From Minisyncoccota bacterium (GTDB lineage Bacteria; Patescibacteriota; Minisyncoccia; Minisyncoccales; Minisyncoccaceae): a stretch of DNA of 64,000 nucleotides. The notes below the pieces were generated by a model. It saw only the letters and a program-made list of their open reading frames with translations, made no database searches and was not told where the DNA came from. Of this stretch, positions 36,186-45,991 are shown one piece after another (positions within the stretch are counted from its first letter, which is position 1; each line of letters starts with the position of its first letter). Position numbers and translations under genes: made by a program. Where the stretch lies: NCBI GenBank assembly GCA_041657645.1, contig JBBABL010000001.1, forward strand, positions 1,407 to 65,406, given 5' to 3'.

Positions 36186-36219
36186 ATAAATAAAAACTTC
36201 AATTAAGAAGTCTTTATTG

Positions 36220-36290
36220 TCGGGTTGCCGGGAGTTGAACCCGGGTCTTACGCACCCCATGCGCAAATAATACCATTATACTACAACCCG
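36220..36290 (-). tRNA. tRNA-Pro (anticodon GGG), CCA not encoded
   Basis: The reverse complement folds as acceptor CGGGTTG/CAACCCG, anticodon stem TGCGC/GCGTA with loop ATGGGGT (GGG at positions 34-36, G37), and T arm CCGGG-TTCAACT-CCCGG. Confidence 0.85.
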
Positions 36291-36306
36291 AAAGAGATAA
36301 TAGGTA

Positions 36307-36525
36307 TTATTTTTTATCCAAAGATTTGATGCATTTTGTGCAAGCTAAAATCTTTTTACCAGCAAAATCTTTAAACTTTTTGTTAGTTGGATTCTCAGGT
36401 ACAGTAACTTTTTGTAGATTAGGGTATTTTCTTTTCTTAGGAGAAGGATTATATCTTGAAATCAATTTATAATAACTTCCGCCCATAGAAGAAGATTTAC
36501 CGCAAATTTGACATTCTTTTTCCAT
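36307..36525 (-). CDS. rpmB: 50S ribosomal protein L28 (Cys-containing form)
   Basis: The sequence is MEKECQICGKSSSMGG...RKYPNLQKVTV...ACTKCIKSL. I prefer the ATG at 36525. Confidence 0.85.
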   Translation of the reverse strand: MEKECQICGKSSSMGGSYYKLISRYNPSPKKRKYPNLQKVTVPENPTNKKFKDFAGKKILACTKCIKSLDKK

Positions 36526-36591
36526 ATGCGAATAGATTATCAAAAAAGGAGAATAATTGCAAGTCTCTAATATTTTTGGTAAGATTGGTTT

Positions 36592-37203
36592 ATGGAAATA
36601 ACAATAGTATTCGCATTAATTATACTTCTTTTCTCTATAATCATTCATGAGATTGCTCATGGTAGTGTTGCTTATTCATTAGGTGATAGCACAGCTAAAA
36701 ATTCAGGAAGATTGACATTGAATCCAATAAAACATTTAGACCCAGTTGGTTCAATCCTTTTGCCTGTATTTTTATCTATTCTAAGTCTTCCAATAATTGG
36801 TTGGGCTAAGCCAGTTCCAATTAATCCGTTTAATTTTAATGATCAAAAATGGGGAGAACTTAAAGTTTCAATAGCGGGGCCATTAGCTAACTTTGCAATT
36901 GCTTTAATATTTGGATTAGTAATTATGTTTTTTTCCTTACCAGAGAGTTTTTTGGAAATTGCTTCTTTGGTAATTATTTATAATATTGCTTTAGGAATTT
37001 TCAATCTAATACCAGTTCCACCATTAGATGGATCACATATTTTATTTGCTTTATTAGGAGAAAGGTTTAATAATGTAAAAAAGTTTTTGTATCAATATGG
37101 ATTCTTTGTTTTAATATTCTTAGTTTTTTCTGGTGGAATAAATTGGGTATTTAATTTTTCTTATTGGGTCACTTCACTTTTCTTTAAATTTTCATTAGTA
37201 TAA
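36592..37203 (+). CDS. Site-2 protease family (M50) membrane metalloprotease
   Basis: It has HEIAHG in the first helix, NLIPVPPLDGSHIL, and a polytopic profile. Confidence 0.85.
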   Translation: MEITIVFALIILLFSIIIHEIAHGSVAYSLGDSTAKNSGRLTLNPIKHLDPVGSILLPVFLSILSLPIIGWAKPVPINPFNFNDQKWGELKVSIAGPLANFAIALIFGLVIMFFSLPESFLEIASLVIIYNIALGIFNLIPVPPLDGSHILFALLGERFNNVKKFLYQYGFFVLIFLVFSGGINWVFNFSYWVTSLFFKFSLV

Positions 37204-37222
37204 TAATTAATAAAATAAAAAT

Positions 37223-37954
37223 ATGAAATTAGAAAATAAAATTGCAATTATAACAGGTGCAGCTTCAGGAATTGGAAGAGCAATTGCTGAGAAATTTATC
37301 TCGGAGGGTGCTTCTGTTGTTTTCTCTGATATAAATGAAATTGATATTAGTCAATTTGGAGATAAAGCTATTTTTGTAAAATGTAATGTTTCAAAATCAG
37401 AGGAAGTAGATAGCTTAATTCAGTCTTGTTTAGATAATTTTGGTAGAGTTGATATTATGGTTAATGATGCAGGTATAGGAACAATGGGAGATATTCTAAG
37501 TGCTAACGACGAGGATTGGAAAAAAACAATTGATATAAACTTATCAGGTGTATTCTACGGTGCAAGAGCTGCAGCAAGAGCAATGAAAGAAAAAGGAATT
37601 AAAGGTTCAATTATTAATATGAGTTCAATTCTAGGTTCAGTTGGTTTTAAATCAACAATTGCATATTGTGCAGCTAAGGGAGGAATAGACCAAATTACCA
37701 AAGCAGGTTCATTAGATTTAGCTTCACTAGGGATTAGAATAAATTCTATTGCCCCTGGATTTATTAAAACAAGTATGACCAAGGGACTACAGGAAGATGA
37801 AAATTATTGTGGTTTTATTAACTCTATGACACCGATGGGACACATGGGTGATGTCGAGGATATAGCGAACGCAGCAGTTTATCTTGCATCAGATGATTCA
37901 AAGTATGTAACAGGTTTAACTCTATATGTTGACGGAGGATATAGGGCACAATAA
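37223..37954 (+). CDS. Short-chain dehydrogenase/reductase (FabG / glucose-1-dehydrogenase-like)
   Basis: It has TGAASGIGRAIA, NDAGI, the YCAAKGG catalytic Y-x3-K, and PGFIKT. Confidence 0.85.
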   Translation: MKLENKIAIITGAASGIGRAIAEKFISEGASVVFSDINEIDISQFGDKAIFVKCNVSKSEEVDSLIQSCLDNFGRVDIMVNDAGIGTMGDILSANDEDWKKTIDINLSGVFYGARAAARAMKEKGIKGSIINMSSILGSVGFKSTIAYCAAKGGIDQITKAGSLDLASLGIRINSIAPGFIKTSMTKGLQEDENYCGFINSMTPMGHMGDVEDIANAAVYLASDDSKYVTGLTLYVDGGYRAQ

Positions 37955-37958
37955 TTAT

Positions 37959-37987
37959 TTGACATTTAACATATTATTTGATAGTTT
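37959..37987 (+). promoter_or_regulatory. Putative promoter of the str operon
   Basis: TTGACA (37959-37964) is followed by a 17-nt spacer ending in TGA, then TAGTTT (37982-37987). Confidence 0.4.
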
Positions 37988-37991
37988 AATC

Positions 37992-38010
37992 ACAAGCGTT
38001 TTTCGCTTGT
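37992..38010 (+). promoter_or_regulatory. 5' leader stem-loop ahead of rpsL
   Basis: The 7-bp stem ACAAGCG/CGCTTGT has a TTTTT loop. It lies at the predicted 5' end of the transcript, 21 nt before the rpsL ATG. Confidence 0.45.
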
Positions 38011-38031
38011 AATTTATTTTAGAATTAAAAT

Positions 38032-38448
38032 ATGCCAACAATAAGACAATTAATAAGAAAAAACAGAAAGCCACTTAAAAGTAAAGATAAGACTCCTGCA
38101 CTTGCTTTTGGTTTTAACCCTTTGAAGAATAGACCTAAGAAAAGTTTTTCATCTTTTAAGAAAGGAGTTTGTTTAAAAGTTTTTACAACTACACCTAAAA
38201 AACCTAACTCAGCTTTGAGAAAAGTCTGTAGAATTAAACTAAGTAATGGAAGTGAAGTTACCGCATACATACCAGGAGAAGGACACAATTTACAGGAGCA
38301 TTCAATCGTGATGATTAGAGGTGGAAAAGTTAAGGATTTGCCAGGAGTAAGATATCATGTTGTTCGTGGAAGATTTGATTGTGGTGGAGTTGAAGGAAGA
38401 AAGAAAAAAAGAAGTTTATATGGTGTTAAAAAACCAGTAGCTAATTAA
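38032..38448 (+). CDS. rpsL: 30S ribosomal protein S12
   Basis: It has [27 protein letters not shown], and [12 protein letters not shown]. Confidence 0.97.
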   Translation: MPTIRQLIRKNRKPLKSKDKTPALAFGFNPLKNRPKKSFSSFKKGVCLKVFTTTPKKPNSALRKVCRIKLSNGSEVTAYIPGEGHNLQEHSIVMIRGGKVKDLPGVRYHVVRGRFDCGGVEGRKKKRSLYGVKKPVAN

Positions 38449-38455
38449 TTAAAAT

Positions 38456-38926
38456 ATGTCAACAGGATTAAAGTTTAAGAAAAAAATAATAATGCCCGAT
38501 GCTGTGTACGATGATATACTTGTAGCAAAGTTTATCAATCAGATTATGTTAGATGGGAAAAAAACTATAGCTCAAAAAATAGTTTATGGTTCTTTTGATA
38601 TAATTAAAGAACAAAACAAAAAAGATCCTTTAGATGTTTTTAAACTTGCTATTCAAAACGTTTCACCTGTATTAGAAGTTAAACCAAGAAGAGTTGGAGG
38701 AGCAACATATCAAGTTCCTATGGAAGTAAAAGGAAACAGAAAATTAAGTTTAGCTATGAAATGGATTATTTCTTCTTCAAGAAATAAGAAAGGAAAAGCA
38801 ATGAAATTTAAATTAGCAGAAGAACTACTTGAAGCTTCTGAGAATAAAGGTAATTCAGTTAAGAAGAAAGAAAATGTTCATAAAATGGCAGAAGCTAATA
38901 GAGCCTTTGCTCACTTTGCCTTTTAA
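38456..38926 (+). CDS. rpsG: 30S ribosomal protein S7
   Basis: It has [21 protein letters not shown], and NRAFAHF. Confidence 0.95.
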   Translation: MSTGLKFKKKIIMPDAVYDDILVAKFINQIMLDGKKTIAQKIVYGSFDIIKEQNKKDPLDVFKLAIQNVSPVLEVKPRRVGGATYQVPMEVKGNRKLSLAMKWIISSSRNKKGKAMKFKLAEELLEASENKGNSVKKKENVHKMAEANRAFAHFAF

Positions 38927-38938
38927 TTATAAATATAT

Positions 38939-41050
38939 ATGAGTCGCGAATACCCAATAGAAAAATATAGAAATATCGGAATTATTGCTCACATTGATGC
39001 AGGTAAAACTACAACTAGTGAAAGAGTTTTGTTCTACACAGGAATTTCTCATAAAATTGGAGAAGTTCATGAAGGTGGAGCAATTATGGATTGGATGGAA
39101 CAAGAAAGAGAAAGAGGCATTACTATTACTTCAGCGGCTACTACTTGTTTTTGGTCTCCAAGAGAATACTTACAAAAAGAAAAAACAAACAGCCACAGGA
39201 TCAACTTAATTGATACTCCTGGACACATTGACTTTACAGCTGAAGTTCAAAGAAGTTTAAGAGTATTAGATGGAGCGGTTGTTGTTTTTGATGGCGTTGC
39301 AGGCGTAGAAGCACAATCAGAAACTGTTTGGAGACAAGCTGACAGGTACAATGTTCCTAGAATTTGCTTTATAAATAAAATAGATAGAACAGGTGCATCT
39401 TTTGAAAAAAGCCTTCAATCAATTTGGGACAAATTAACTACTAATGCAGTAGCGATACAATATCCAATTGGAGAAGAAGCACAGTTCGCATCAATCATTG
39501 ACTTAGTAGAAATGAAAGCAGTAAAGTTTGAAGGAGAAATGGGAAAAGATGTTATCTTTTTTGACATTCCTGAGGATATGATGGCTAAAGCAAAAGAATG
39601 GAGAGAAAAAATGGTTGAAAAAATTGTTGCTGAAGATGAATCATTAATGGAAAAATATTTAGGAGGTGAAGAAATTTCAGCAGAAGATTTAAAGAAAACT
39701 TTAAGAAAGGCTGTTATTAATTGTAAATTAGTTCCTGTTTTAGTAGGAACATCTTTAAAGAATAAAGGAGTACAATTAGTATTAGATGCTGTGGTAGATT
39801 ATCTTCCAAGTCCAATGGATGTTCCAGCAGTTGTTGGAATTGATCCTAATAATGAAGAAATTAAAATAGAAAGGCATCCTAATGATGAGGAACCTTTTGC
39901 TGCGCTAGCTTTTAAGGTTGCTACTGATCCATTCGTTGGAACACTTACATATATTAGAGCTTATTCAGGAAAATTTACTAAAGGAAATTATTTAATAAAC
40001 ACTGTTACCGGAGAAAGAGAAAGAATCGGAAGAATATTAAGAATGCATTCTAACGAAAGAGAAGAAGTTGAAGAAGTTTTTGCAGGGGACATAGTTGCTT
40101 TTGTTGGAATGAAAAATACTTCAACAGGGCATACACTTTGCGATGAAAAACAAAAACTTATTTTAGAAAAAATAACTTTCCCAGAACCAGTTATTTCTAT
40201 TCAGATTGAACCAAAAGCAAAAGCAGACCAAGAAAAGATGGGAGCTTCATTAAAGAAATTACAAGACGAAGACCCTACATTTAGAATGGAAACCGATCAA
40301 GAATCAGGAGAAACTATTTTATCTGGAATGGGAGAACTTCATTTAGATATTATCGTTGATAGATTAAAGAGAGAATTTAATGTTGAAACTAATGTAGGAA
40401 GACCTCAAGTTTCATACAGAGAAACAATTGATAGAAATGCTGAAGCGGAATGTAAATATATAAAGCAGACTGGTGGAAGAGGACAATATGGACATGTTAA
40501 AATTAGATTGGAACCAAAAGAAAGAGGGGAGGGTTTTGAATTTGTTAATGAAATTAAAGGAGGTGTTATTCCTCGAGAATATATTCCTGCCGTAGAAAAA
40601 GGTATTAAAGAAGCAATGGACAAAGGTGTTGTTGCAGGATTCCCGTTAATAGACGCAAAAGTTACACTATATGATGGTTCATTCCATGAAGTTGATTCAT
40701 CTGAAATGGCCTTTAAGATAGCAGGTTCAATGGCACTACAAGATGGTGCTAAGAAGGCAGGAGCTTATTTATTAGAGCCAATAATGAAATTAGAAGTAGT
40801 TGTTCCGCCAGAATTTTTAGGAGATGTTATCGGAGATATTTCTTCAAGAAGAGGTCAGATTGATGAAACTGTTGATAGACCAGGAGTAAAAGCAATTTAT
40901 GCAAAAGTTCCTTTATCAGAAATGTTTAGTTATGCTACAACTTTAAGATCATTAACTCAAGGAAGAGGAACATCATCAATGGAATTTGAAAGTTATCAAA
41001 AAACTCCAGGAAATATATCACAAGAAATAGTTGAGGGAAAAAGAAAATAA
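38939..41050 (+). CDS. fusA: Elongation factor G
   Basis: It has [17 protein letters not shown] and NKIDR. The protein is 703 aa with full EF-G domain order. Confidence 0.97.
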   Translation: MSREYPIEKYRNIGIIAHIDAGKTTTSERVLFYTGISHKIGEVHEGGAIMDWMEQERERGITITSAATTCFWSPREYLQKEKTNSHRINLIDTPGHIDFTAEVQRSLRVLDGAVVVFDGVAGVEAQSETVWRQADRYNVPRICFINKIDRTGASFEKSLQSIWDKLTTNAVAIQYPIGEEAQFASIIDLVEMKAVKFEGEMGKDVIFFDIPEDMMAKAKEWREKMVEKIVAEDESLMEKYLGGEEISAEDLKKTLRKAVINCKLVPVLVGTSLKNKGVQLVLDAVVDYLPSPMDVPAVVGIDPNNEEIKIERHPNDEEPFAALAFKVATDPFVGTLTYIRAYSGKFTKGNYLINTVTGERERIGRILRMHSNEREEVEEVFAGDIVAFVGMKNTSTGHTLCDEKQKLILEKITFPEPVISIQIEPKAKADQEKMGASLKKLQDEDPTFRMETDQESGETILSGMGELHLDIIVDRLKREFNVETNVGRPQVSYRETIDRNAEAECKYIKQTGGRGQYGHVKIRLEPKERGEGFEFVNEIKGGVIPREYIPAVEKGIKEAMDKGVVAGFPLIDAKVTLYDGSFHEVDSSEMAFKIAGSMALQDGAKKAGAYLLEPIMKLEVVVPPEFLGDVIGDISSRRGQIDETVDRPGVKAIYAKVPLSEMFSYATTLRSLTQGRGTSSMEFESYQKTPGNISQEIVEGKRK

Positions 41051-41051
41051 T

Positions 41052-41258
41052 ATGGACATTAAAGAAATTAAACAAATAATTGAAGAAGAAGGTGGAAAGA
41101 TAATTATTCCTGAAGAAGACGGTAGTCCAACACTAATAATTATGAGCTTGGATAACTACAGAAAAGAAAAGGAAGTTAAGCATAGAAGCAAAATTGAATC
41201 ACCATCAAGAGCAATAGAAGAAGAATCTCTAAAAATAGAAGACCTTCCATTTAATTAG
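41052..41258 (+). CDS. Small hypothetical protein, Phd/YefM-antitoxin-like N-terminus
   Basis: The protein is 68 aa from the ATG at 41052. GGKIIIPEEDGSPTLIIMSLDNYRK resembles the Phd/YefM beta-strand/helix core. The C-terminus is acidic. Confidence 0.45.
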   Translation: MDIKEIKQIIEEEGGKIIIPEEDGSPTLIIMSLDNYRKEKEVKHRSKIESPSRAIEEESLKIEDLPFN

Positions 41259-41261
41259 TTA

Positions 41262-41289
41262 TTGACTTTTTTCAAAATTTAGCTAAAAT
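41262..41289 (+). promoter_or_regulatory. Putative promoter for tuf
   Basis: TTGACT (41262-41267), a 16-nt spacer and TAAAAT (41284-41289) are present. Confidence 0.5.
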
Positions 41290-41337
41290 AGATAAGCGTA
41301 ATAAATAATAAATATAAAAAATAATTAATAAAAAAAT

Positions 41338-42528
41338 ATGGCAGAGTTTACAAGAACAAAACCCCATTTAAACGTAGGAACTATTGGTCACGTTGACCAC
41401 GGTAAAACTACTTTGAGTGCGGCAATATTACATTCTTTAGCATTAAGGAATGGAGGAGTATCTGAAAAATCAGTTGCTCAAATTGATTCAGCTCCTGAAG
41501 AAAAAGCAAGAGGTGTTACAATTAACATTTCTCATTTAGAGTATGAAACAGACAAAAGACACTATGCTCACATAGATTGTCCAGGTCACGCAGACTATAT
41601 TAAAAACATGATTACTGGTGCTGCTCAGATGGATGGTGCAATATTAGTAGTTGCTGCCACTGACGGACCTATGCCTCAAACAAGAGAACATATTCTACTT
41701 GCTAAACAAGTTGGATTACCTTCAATCGTAGTTTTCTTAAATAAGTGTGATATGGTAGAAGATGCAGAGATGATTGATTTAGTTGAAGATGAAGTTAGAG
41801 AATTATTAAAGAAGTATGAATTTGATGGAGAAAATGCTCCTATAATTAGAGGTTCAGCACTTAAAGCTTTAGAAGGAACATCTGTAGATGATGAATGGGT
41901 TAAGAAAGTTTTAGAATTAATGGATCAATTAGATTCATACATTCCTGATCCAGTTAGAGATAAGGAAAAACCTTTCTTGATGGCTATTGAAGATATTTTC
42001 TCAATTGAAGGAAGAGGAACAGTTGCTACAGGAAGAGTTGAAAGAGGTGTTATTAATGCCAACGAAGAAGTTGAAATTGTTGGAATTAGACCAACTGCAA
42101 AATCAACAGCTGTATCAGTTGAAATGTTTAACAAATCATTAGGTTATGGAGAAGCTGGAGATAACGTAGGTATTTTATTAAGAGGATTAAAGAAAGAAGA
42201 TATTGAAAGAGGTCAAGTTTTGTCAAAACCAGGAACTATTACTCCTCATACAGAATTTACAGCTCAAATCTATGTTTTAACAAAAGAAGAAGGAGGAAGA
42301 CATACACCTTTCTTTACAGGATACAAACCTCAATTCTTTATCAGAACAGCTGATATTACAGGTGATGTATTTTTAGCTGAAGGAACAGAAATGGTTATGC
42401 CTGGAGATACAGTTGATGTTACAGTTAAATTAATTGTACCAGTAGCATTAGAAGAAAAACAAGGTTTTGCGATTAGAGAAGGTGGAAAGACAGTTGGAGC
42501 TGGAGTTATTACTAAAATTATAAAGTAA
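41338..42528 (+). CDS. tuf: Elongation factor Tu
   Basis: It has [17 protein letters not shown] and NKCD, and is 396 aa. Confidence 0.98.
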   Translation: MAEFTRTKPHLNVGTIGHVDHGKTTLSAAILHSLALRNGGVSEKSVAQIDSAPEEKARGVTINISHLEYETDKRHYAHIDCPGHADYIKNMITGAAQMDGAILVVAATDGPMPQTREHILLAKQVGLPSIVVFLNKCDMVEDAEMIDLVEDEVRELLKKYEFDGENAPIIRGSALKALEGTSVDDEWVKKVLELMDQLDSYIPDPVRDKEKPFLMAIEDIFSIEGRGTVATGRVERGVINANEEVEIVGIRPTAKSTAVSVEMFNKSLGYGEAGDNVGILLRGLKKEDIERGQVLSKPGTITPHTEFTAQIYVLTKEEGGRHTPFFTGYKPQFFIRTADITGDVFLAEGTEMVMPGDTVDVTVKLIVPVALEEKQGFAIREGGKTVGAGVITKIIK

Positions 42529-42529
42529 A

Positions 42530-42868
42530 ATGACAGAAACCTCAAAAAAAACTGAACATGTATCAAAGCTTAGAATTAAGCTAAAGGCATATGATCACAA
42601 GGTGATTGACAAGAGCGCTCAGCAGATAATTGAAATGGCTGTTAGGTGTGGAGTTAAAACTGCTGGGCCAGTTCCCTTGCCAATAGAAATTAGCAAGTTT
42701 ACTGTTAATCGATCAACTTTTGTTCATAAACCATCAAGAGAGCAGTTTGAAATGAGGGTTCACAAAAGAATAATTGATGTGTTATCTCCCAATCAAAAGG
42801 TAGTAGAATCATTAAAGTCTCTTACTTTGCCTGCAGGAGTAGATACTGAAATTAAGAGTATTTTATAA
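42530..42868 (+). CDS. rpsJ: 30S ribosomal protein S10
   Basis: It has LRIKLKAYDHKVID and a PLPIEISKFTVNRS core. It has a short N-terminal extension. Confidence 0.95.
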   Translation: MTETSKKTEHVSKLRIKLKAYDHKVIDKSAQQIIEMAVRCGVKTAGPVPLPIEISKFTVNRSTFVHKPSREQFEMRVHKRIIDVLSPNQKVVESLKSLTLPAGVDTEIKSIL

Positions 42869-42918
42869 TGACATTAAATAGATAGAATTAATTAAATATT
42901 GGTAACGCTAGTCTTTTC

Positions 42919-42941
42919 GCTAGGCTGGTTGCCTAGCTTTT
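42919..42941 (+). terminator. Terminator-like / attenuator hairpin between rpsJ and rplC
   Basis: The stem GCTAGGC/GCCTAGC closes a TGGTT loop and is followed by TTTT. An upstream GCTAG (42909-13) could pair alternatively with the 3' arm. Confidence 0.45.
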
Positions 42942-42953
42942 ATAGTTAACAAC

Positions 42954-43541
42954 ATGAAATTTATATTAGGAAAAAAAATTGAAATGAGTCAAATGTTTAA
43001 AGAAGATGGAACAGTAGTTCCAGTAACTTTGGTTGCAACAGGAGATTGTAGTGTTGTTCAAGTAAAAACTAAAGAAAGAGATGGTTATGAAGCGATAAAG
43101 ATTGGTTATGAGAATTTACCTGAAAGAAAGATTAAAAAAACAGGAACACCATATAGATATTTAAAAGAATTTAAAGGAGAAGTGGAAGGATTTAAGATAG
43201 GAGATAAGATTTCATTAGAATCTTTTCAACTAGGAGATAGGATTAAGGTTTCCGGAGTATCTAAAGGAAAAGGATTCCAAGGAGGTGTAAAAAGATGGGG
43301 GTTTTCCGGAAAACTTACTGCAACTCATGGTAACAAACATGAACACAGAACATTAGGTTCTACTGGTTGTTGTACTCCATGTAGAGTTATTAAAGGAAAG
43401 AAAATGCCTGGAAGAATGGGAAGCGATAGAATATCAGTTAAGAACTTAGAAATAGTAAATATTGATTCTAAGAATAATATAATGATGATTAAGGGTGCTA
43501 TTCCAGGAAGAAGAGGAACTCTTTTAGAGATAAGAGCATAA
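42954..43541 (+). CDS. rplC: 50S ribosomal protein L3
   Basis: It has ILGKKIEMSQMF, GVSKGKGFQG, and IKGKKMPGRMG. Confidence 0.95.
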   Translation: MKFILGKKIEMSQMFKEDGTVVPVTLVATGDCSVVQVKTKERDGYEAIKIGYENLPERKIKKTGTPYRYLKEFKGEVEGFKIGDKISLESFQLGDRIKVSGVSKGKGFQGGVKRWGFSGKLTATHGNKHEHRTLGSTGCCTPCRVIKGKKMPGRMGSDRISVKNLEIVNIDSKNNIMMIKGAIPGRRGTLLEIRA

Positions 43542-43545
43542 TTTT

Positions 43546-44172
43546 ATGGTAACAAAAAAAGAAACAAAAATTGAAAAAGAAATAGAACAAACTAGCTTGC
43601 CTAAAGATATTTTTGATGTTCCAATGAATGCCGATTTACTTCATCAAGTAGTTGTTTCTCAAATGGCGAATAGAAGAACTGTTATTGCCGATGCAAAAAG
43701 AAGAGGTGATGTTCGTGGTGGAGGAATAAAACCATGGAAACAAAAAGGAACAGGTAGAGCAAGACATGGTTCAAGAAGATCTCCTATATGGATTGGTGGA
43801 GGTGTTACCCATGGACCAACAAGTGAAAGAATCTTTAAAAAAATATTACCAAAGAATATTAAAAGAAAAGCATTATTTGTTGCTTTATCAGAAAAAGCTA
43901 GAAATGGATTTATTAAAGTTATAGATACTCTTGAATTAAAAGAAGCAAAAACTAAGAGTATGTTAGGAATTTTAAACAAATTAGGAATCAATGGAAGCTG
44001 TTTAATTGTTTTGCCTAAAATGGATAATAATTTAATTTTAGCAACAAGAAATATTTCCAAGGTAAGTACAATTCAAGCAAAAGACATTAATTGTTTAGAT
44101 ATAGTTACCGCAAAAACAATTTTAATTGATAAAAAGGGAGTAAATATAATTAAAGAAACATTTAAGAAATAG
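43546..44172 (+). CDS. rplD: 50S ribosomal protein L4
   Basis: It has RRGDVRGGGIKPWKQKGTGRARHGS. Confidence 0.95.
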   Translation: MVTKKETKIEKEIEQTSLPKDIFDVPMNADLLHQVVVSQMANRRTVIADAKRRGDVRGGGIKPWKQKGTGRARHGSRRSPIWIGGGVTHGPTSERIFKKILPKNIKRKALFVALSEKARNGFIKVIDTLELKEAKTKSMLGILNKLGINGSCLIVLPKMDNNLILATRNISKVSTIQAKDINCLDIVTAKTILIDKKGVNIIKETFKK

Positions 44173-44173
44173 T

Positions 44174-44479
44174 ATGGAAAAGATAACCCAAAAAACTGAA
44201 AAATGGAATGTTTTAATATCACCCTGTATTACTGAGAAGGCGGTAGATGCTTCTTCATTAGGTAACTTTTATGTTTTTAAAGTAAATGGAGACGCTAACA
44301 AGATAGAAATTAAGAAAGCAGTAGAAGATAAGTATAAGGTTAATGTTATTCAGGTAAGAACAGTTAATCTTCCTCGAAAAAAAGTTAAAAGAGGAAGAAT
44401 AGAAGGTTTTAAACCAGGATACAAGAAAGCTATTATAAAATTGAAGGAAGGTCAAAAAATAGAAATGATTTCACAGTAA
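44174..44479 (+). CDS. rplW: 50S ribosomal protein L23
   Basis: It has ISPCITEKA, FKVNGDANKIEIKKAVE, and operon position between L4 and L2. Confidence 0.9.
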   Translation: MEKITQKTEKWNVLISPCITEKAVDASSLGNFYVFKVNGDANKIEIKKAVEDKYKVNVIQVRTVNLPRKKVKRGRIEGFKPGYKKAIIKLKEGQKIEMISQ

Positions 44480-44480
44480 T

Positions 44481-45293
44481 ATGCAAAGAAAAAAAACAAA
44501 AATGAAAAATTTTCTTGTTCTAACTAAGAAAAAACCTGAAAAGAGTTTGACTGTTAGAATCAAGAGGACTGGTGGAAGAGGAAGTGATGGAAGAATAACC
44601 ACTAGGCATATAGGAGGTGGAGCAAGAAAGCTTTATAGGGTTATTGAGTTTGCTCAAAAAAGAATAGATGCGCCTGCTGAAGTTATGGCAATTGAGTATG
44701 ATCCAAACAGAAATGCTTTTATAGCTTTAATCCAATACGAAGATGAAATGAAAAAGTATATTATAGCCCCAGAAGAATTGAAGGCGGGAGATAAGATTGT
44801 TTTTTCTGAGAAAGCTGAACCTAATATTGGAAACAGAATGAAGTTGAAAAATATCCCAGAAGGTACTACAGTGTATAATATAGAGTTAGAACCAAACAGA
44901 GGAGGAGTATTGGTAAGAGCAGCAGGAACAGGAGCTGTCCTTCAAAACTATGAAGGAGGATATGCAAAAATAAAGATGCCATCATCTGAAATAAGAAGAA
45001 TATCAGGAGAATGTTTTGCATCAATTGGTAAAGTTTCTAATTCAGAATACAGATTTATTAATTGGTCAAAAGCGGGAACAAGCAGATTGAAAGGAATAAG
45101 ACCAACAGTGAGAGGTTCTGCTATGAATCCTTGTGATCATCCACATGGTGGAGGAGAGGGAAGAACAGGAATTGGTTTGAAGCATCCTAAGACTCCATGG
45201 GGAAAGCCAGCCTTAGGAGTAAAAACAAGAAAGACAAACAAGAAATCATCAAAGTTAATTATTAATAGAAGAGTTAAGAAAAAGAGAAAATAA
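44481..45293 (+). CDS. rplB: 50S ribosomal protein L2
   Basis: It has [27 protein letters not shown]. Confidence 0.97.
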   Translation: MQRKKTKMKNFLVLTKKKPEKSLTVRIKRTGGRGSDGRITTRHIGGGARKLYRVIEFAQKRIDAPAEVMAIEYDPNRNAFIALIQYEDEMKKYIIAPEELKAGDKIVFSEKAEPNIGNRMKLKNIPEGTTVYNIELEPNRGGVLVRAAGTGAVLQNYEGGYAKIKMPSSEIRRISGECFASIGKVSNSEYRFINWSKAGTSRLKGIRPTVRGSAMNPCDHPHGGGEGRTGIGLKHPKTPWGKPALGVKTRKTNKKSSKLIINRRVKKKRK

Positions 45294-45297
45294 TATT

Positions 45298-45621
45298 ATG
45301 TCAAGAAGTCTTAAAAAAGGTCCATATATTGACCCTAATGTTACAAAGAAAATAGAAGGAAAGAAACCAAGTGAAACTCCTCCTATTAAAACATGGTCAC
45401 GTGCGTGTACTATCACTCCTGAGATGATTGGTTTTACATTTGGTGTTCATAATGGAAAAGATTTTCTTCAAGTAAAAGTAACAGAAGAAATGGTTGGACA
45501 TAAGTTAGGTGAATTTTCTCCAACAACAAAGTTTATAAGACATGGAGGAAAGATGCAAAAAGAATTAGATAAGAACAAAGGAAAATCTGGTCAATCAAAT
45601 GAGCCAGTTAAAATAAAATAA
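45298..45621 (+). CDS. rpsS: 30S ribosomal protein S19
   Basis: It has [28 protein letters not shown]. Confidence 0.95.
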   Translation: MSRSLKKGPYIDPNVTKKIEGKKPSETPPIKTWSRACTITPEMIGFTFGVHNGKDFLQVKVTEEMVGHKLGEFSPTTKFIRHGGKMQKELDKNKGKSGQSNEPVKIK

Positions 45622-45622
45622 T

Positions 45623-45991
45623 ATGGCATTCGAAGTTAAACTAAAATATCTACATATAGCTCCAAGGAAAGCAAGATTAGTTGCAGATTTGGTAAGAGGA
45701 AAAAAAGCAGAAGAAGCTCAGACGATTTTAGGTTTTACAGTTAAAAAAGCCAGCGAGCCTGTTTTAAAACTTTTAAATTCAGCATTATCTAACGCGAAAA
45801 CATTAACAAATACAGACGCTAAAGATCTTTTTATTTCTAAGATTACAGTTGACGAAGGACCATCTTTAAAAAGAATTTTACCTAAGTCCAGAGGAAGAGG
45901 AGAGACAATCAAAAAGAAGATGTCACACATAACTTTAGTTTTAGACAAGAAAAGAGAAGAAGAAATTAAAAACAAAAAAAATGAGTCATAA
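45623..45991 (+). CDS. rplV: 50S ribosomal protein L22
   Basis: It has IAPRKARLVADLVRGK, and the KSRGRGETIKKKMSHI tail. Confidence 0.93.
   Translation: MAFEVKLKYLHIAPRKARLVADLVRGKKAEEAQTILGFTVKKASEPVLKLLNSALSNAKTLTNTDAKDLFISKITVDEGPSLKRILPKSRGRGETIKKKMSHITLVLDKKREEEIKNKKNES

Noticed and set aside
38985-39209. A 74-aa alternative-frame ORF inside fusA.
   Set aside because: It lies wholly within the highly conserved GTPase domain of EF-G on the same strand. It has no independent start signal, and its composition is typical of an out-of-frame read.
43659-44060. Long antisense ORFs overlapping conserved genes. Examples are 43659-44060(-), 48297-48755(-), 29511-30053(-), 25337-25648(-), 38025-38288(-) and 15276-15569(+).
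   Set aside because: Each lies opposite a gene with unmistakable family motifs (rplD, rplE, gpsA, helicase, rpsL, nagZ). Their translations are low-complexity and typical of shadow frames in AT-rich DNA. None has a promoter or start context of its own.
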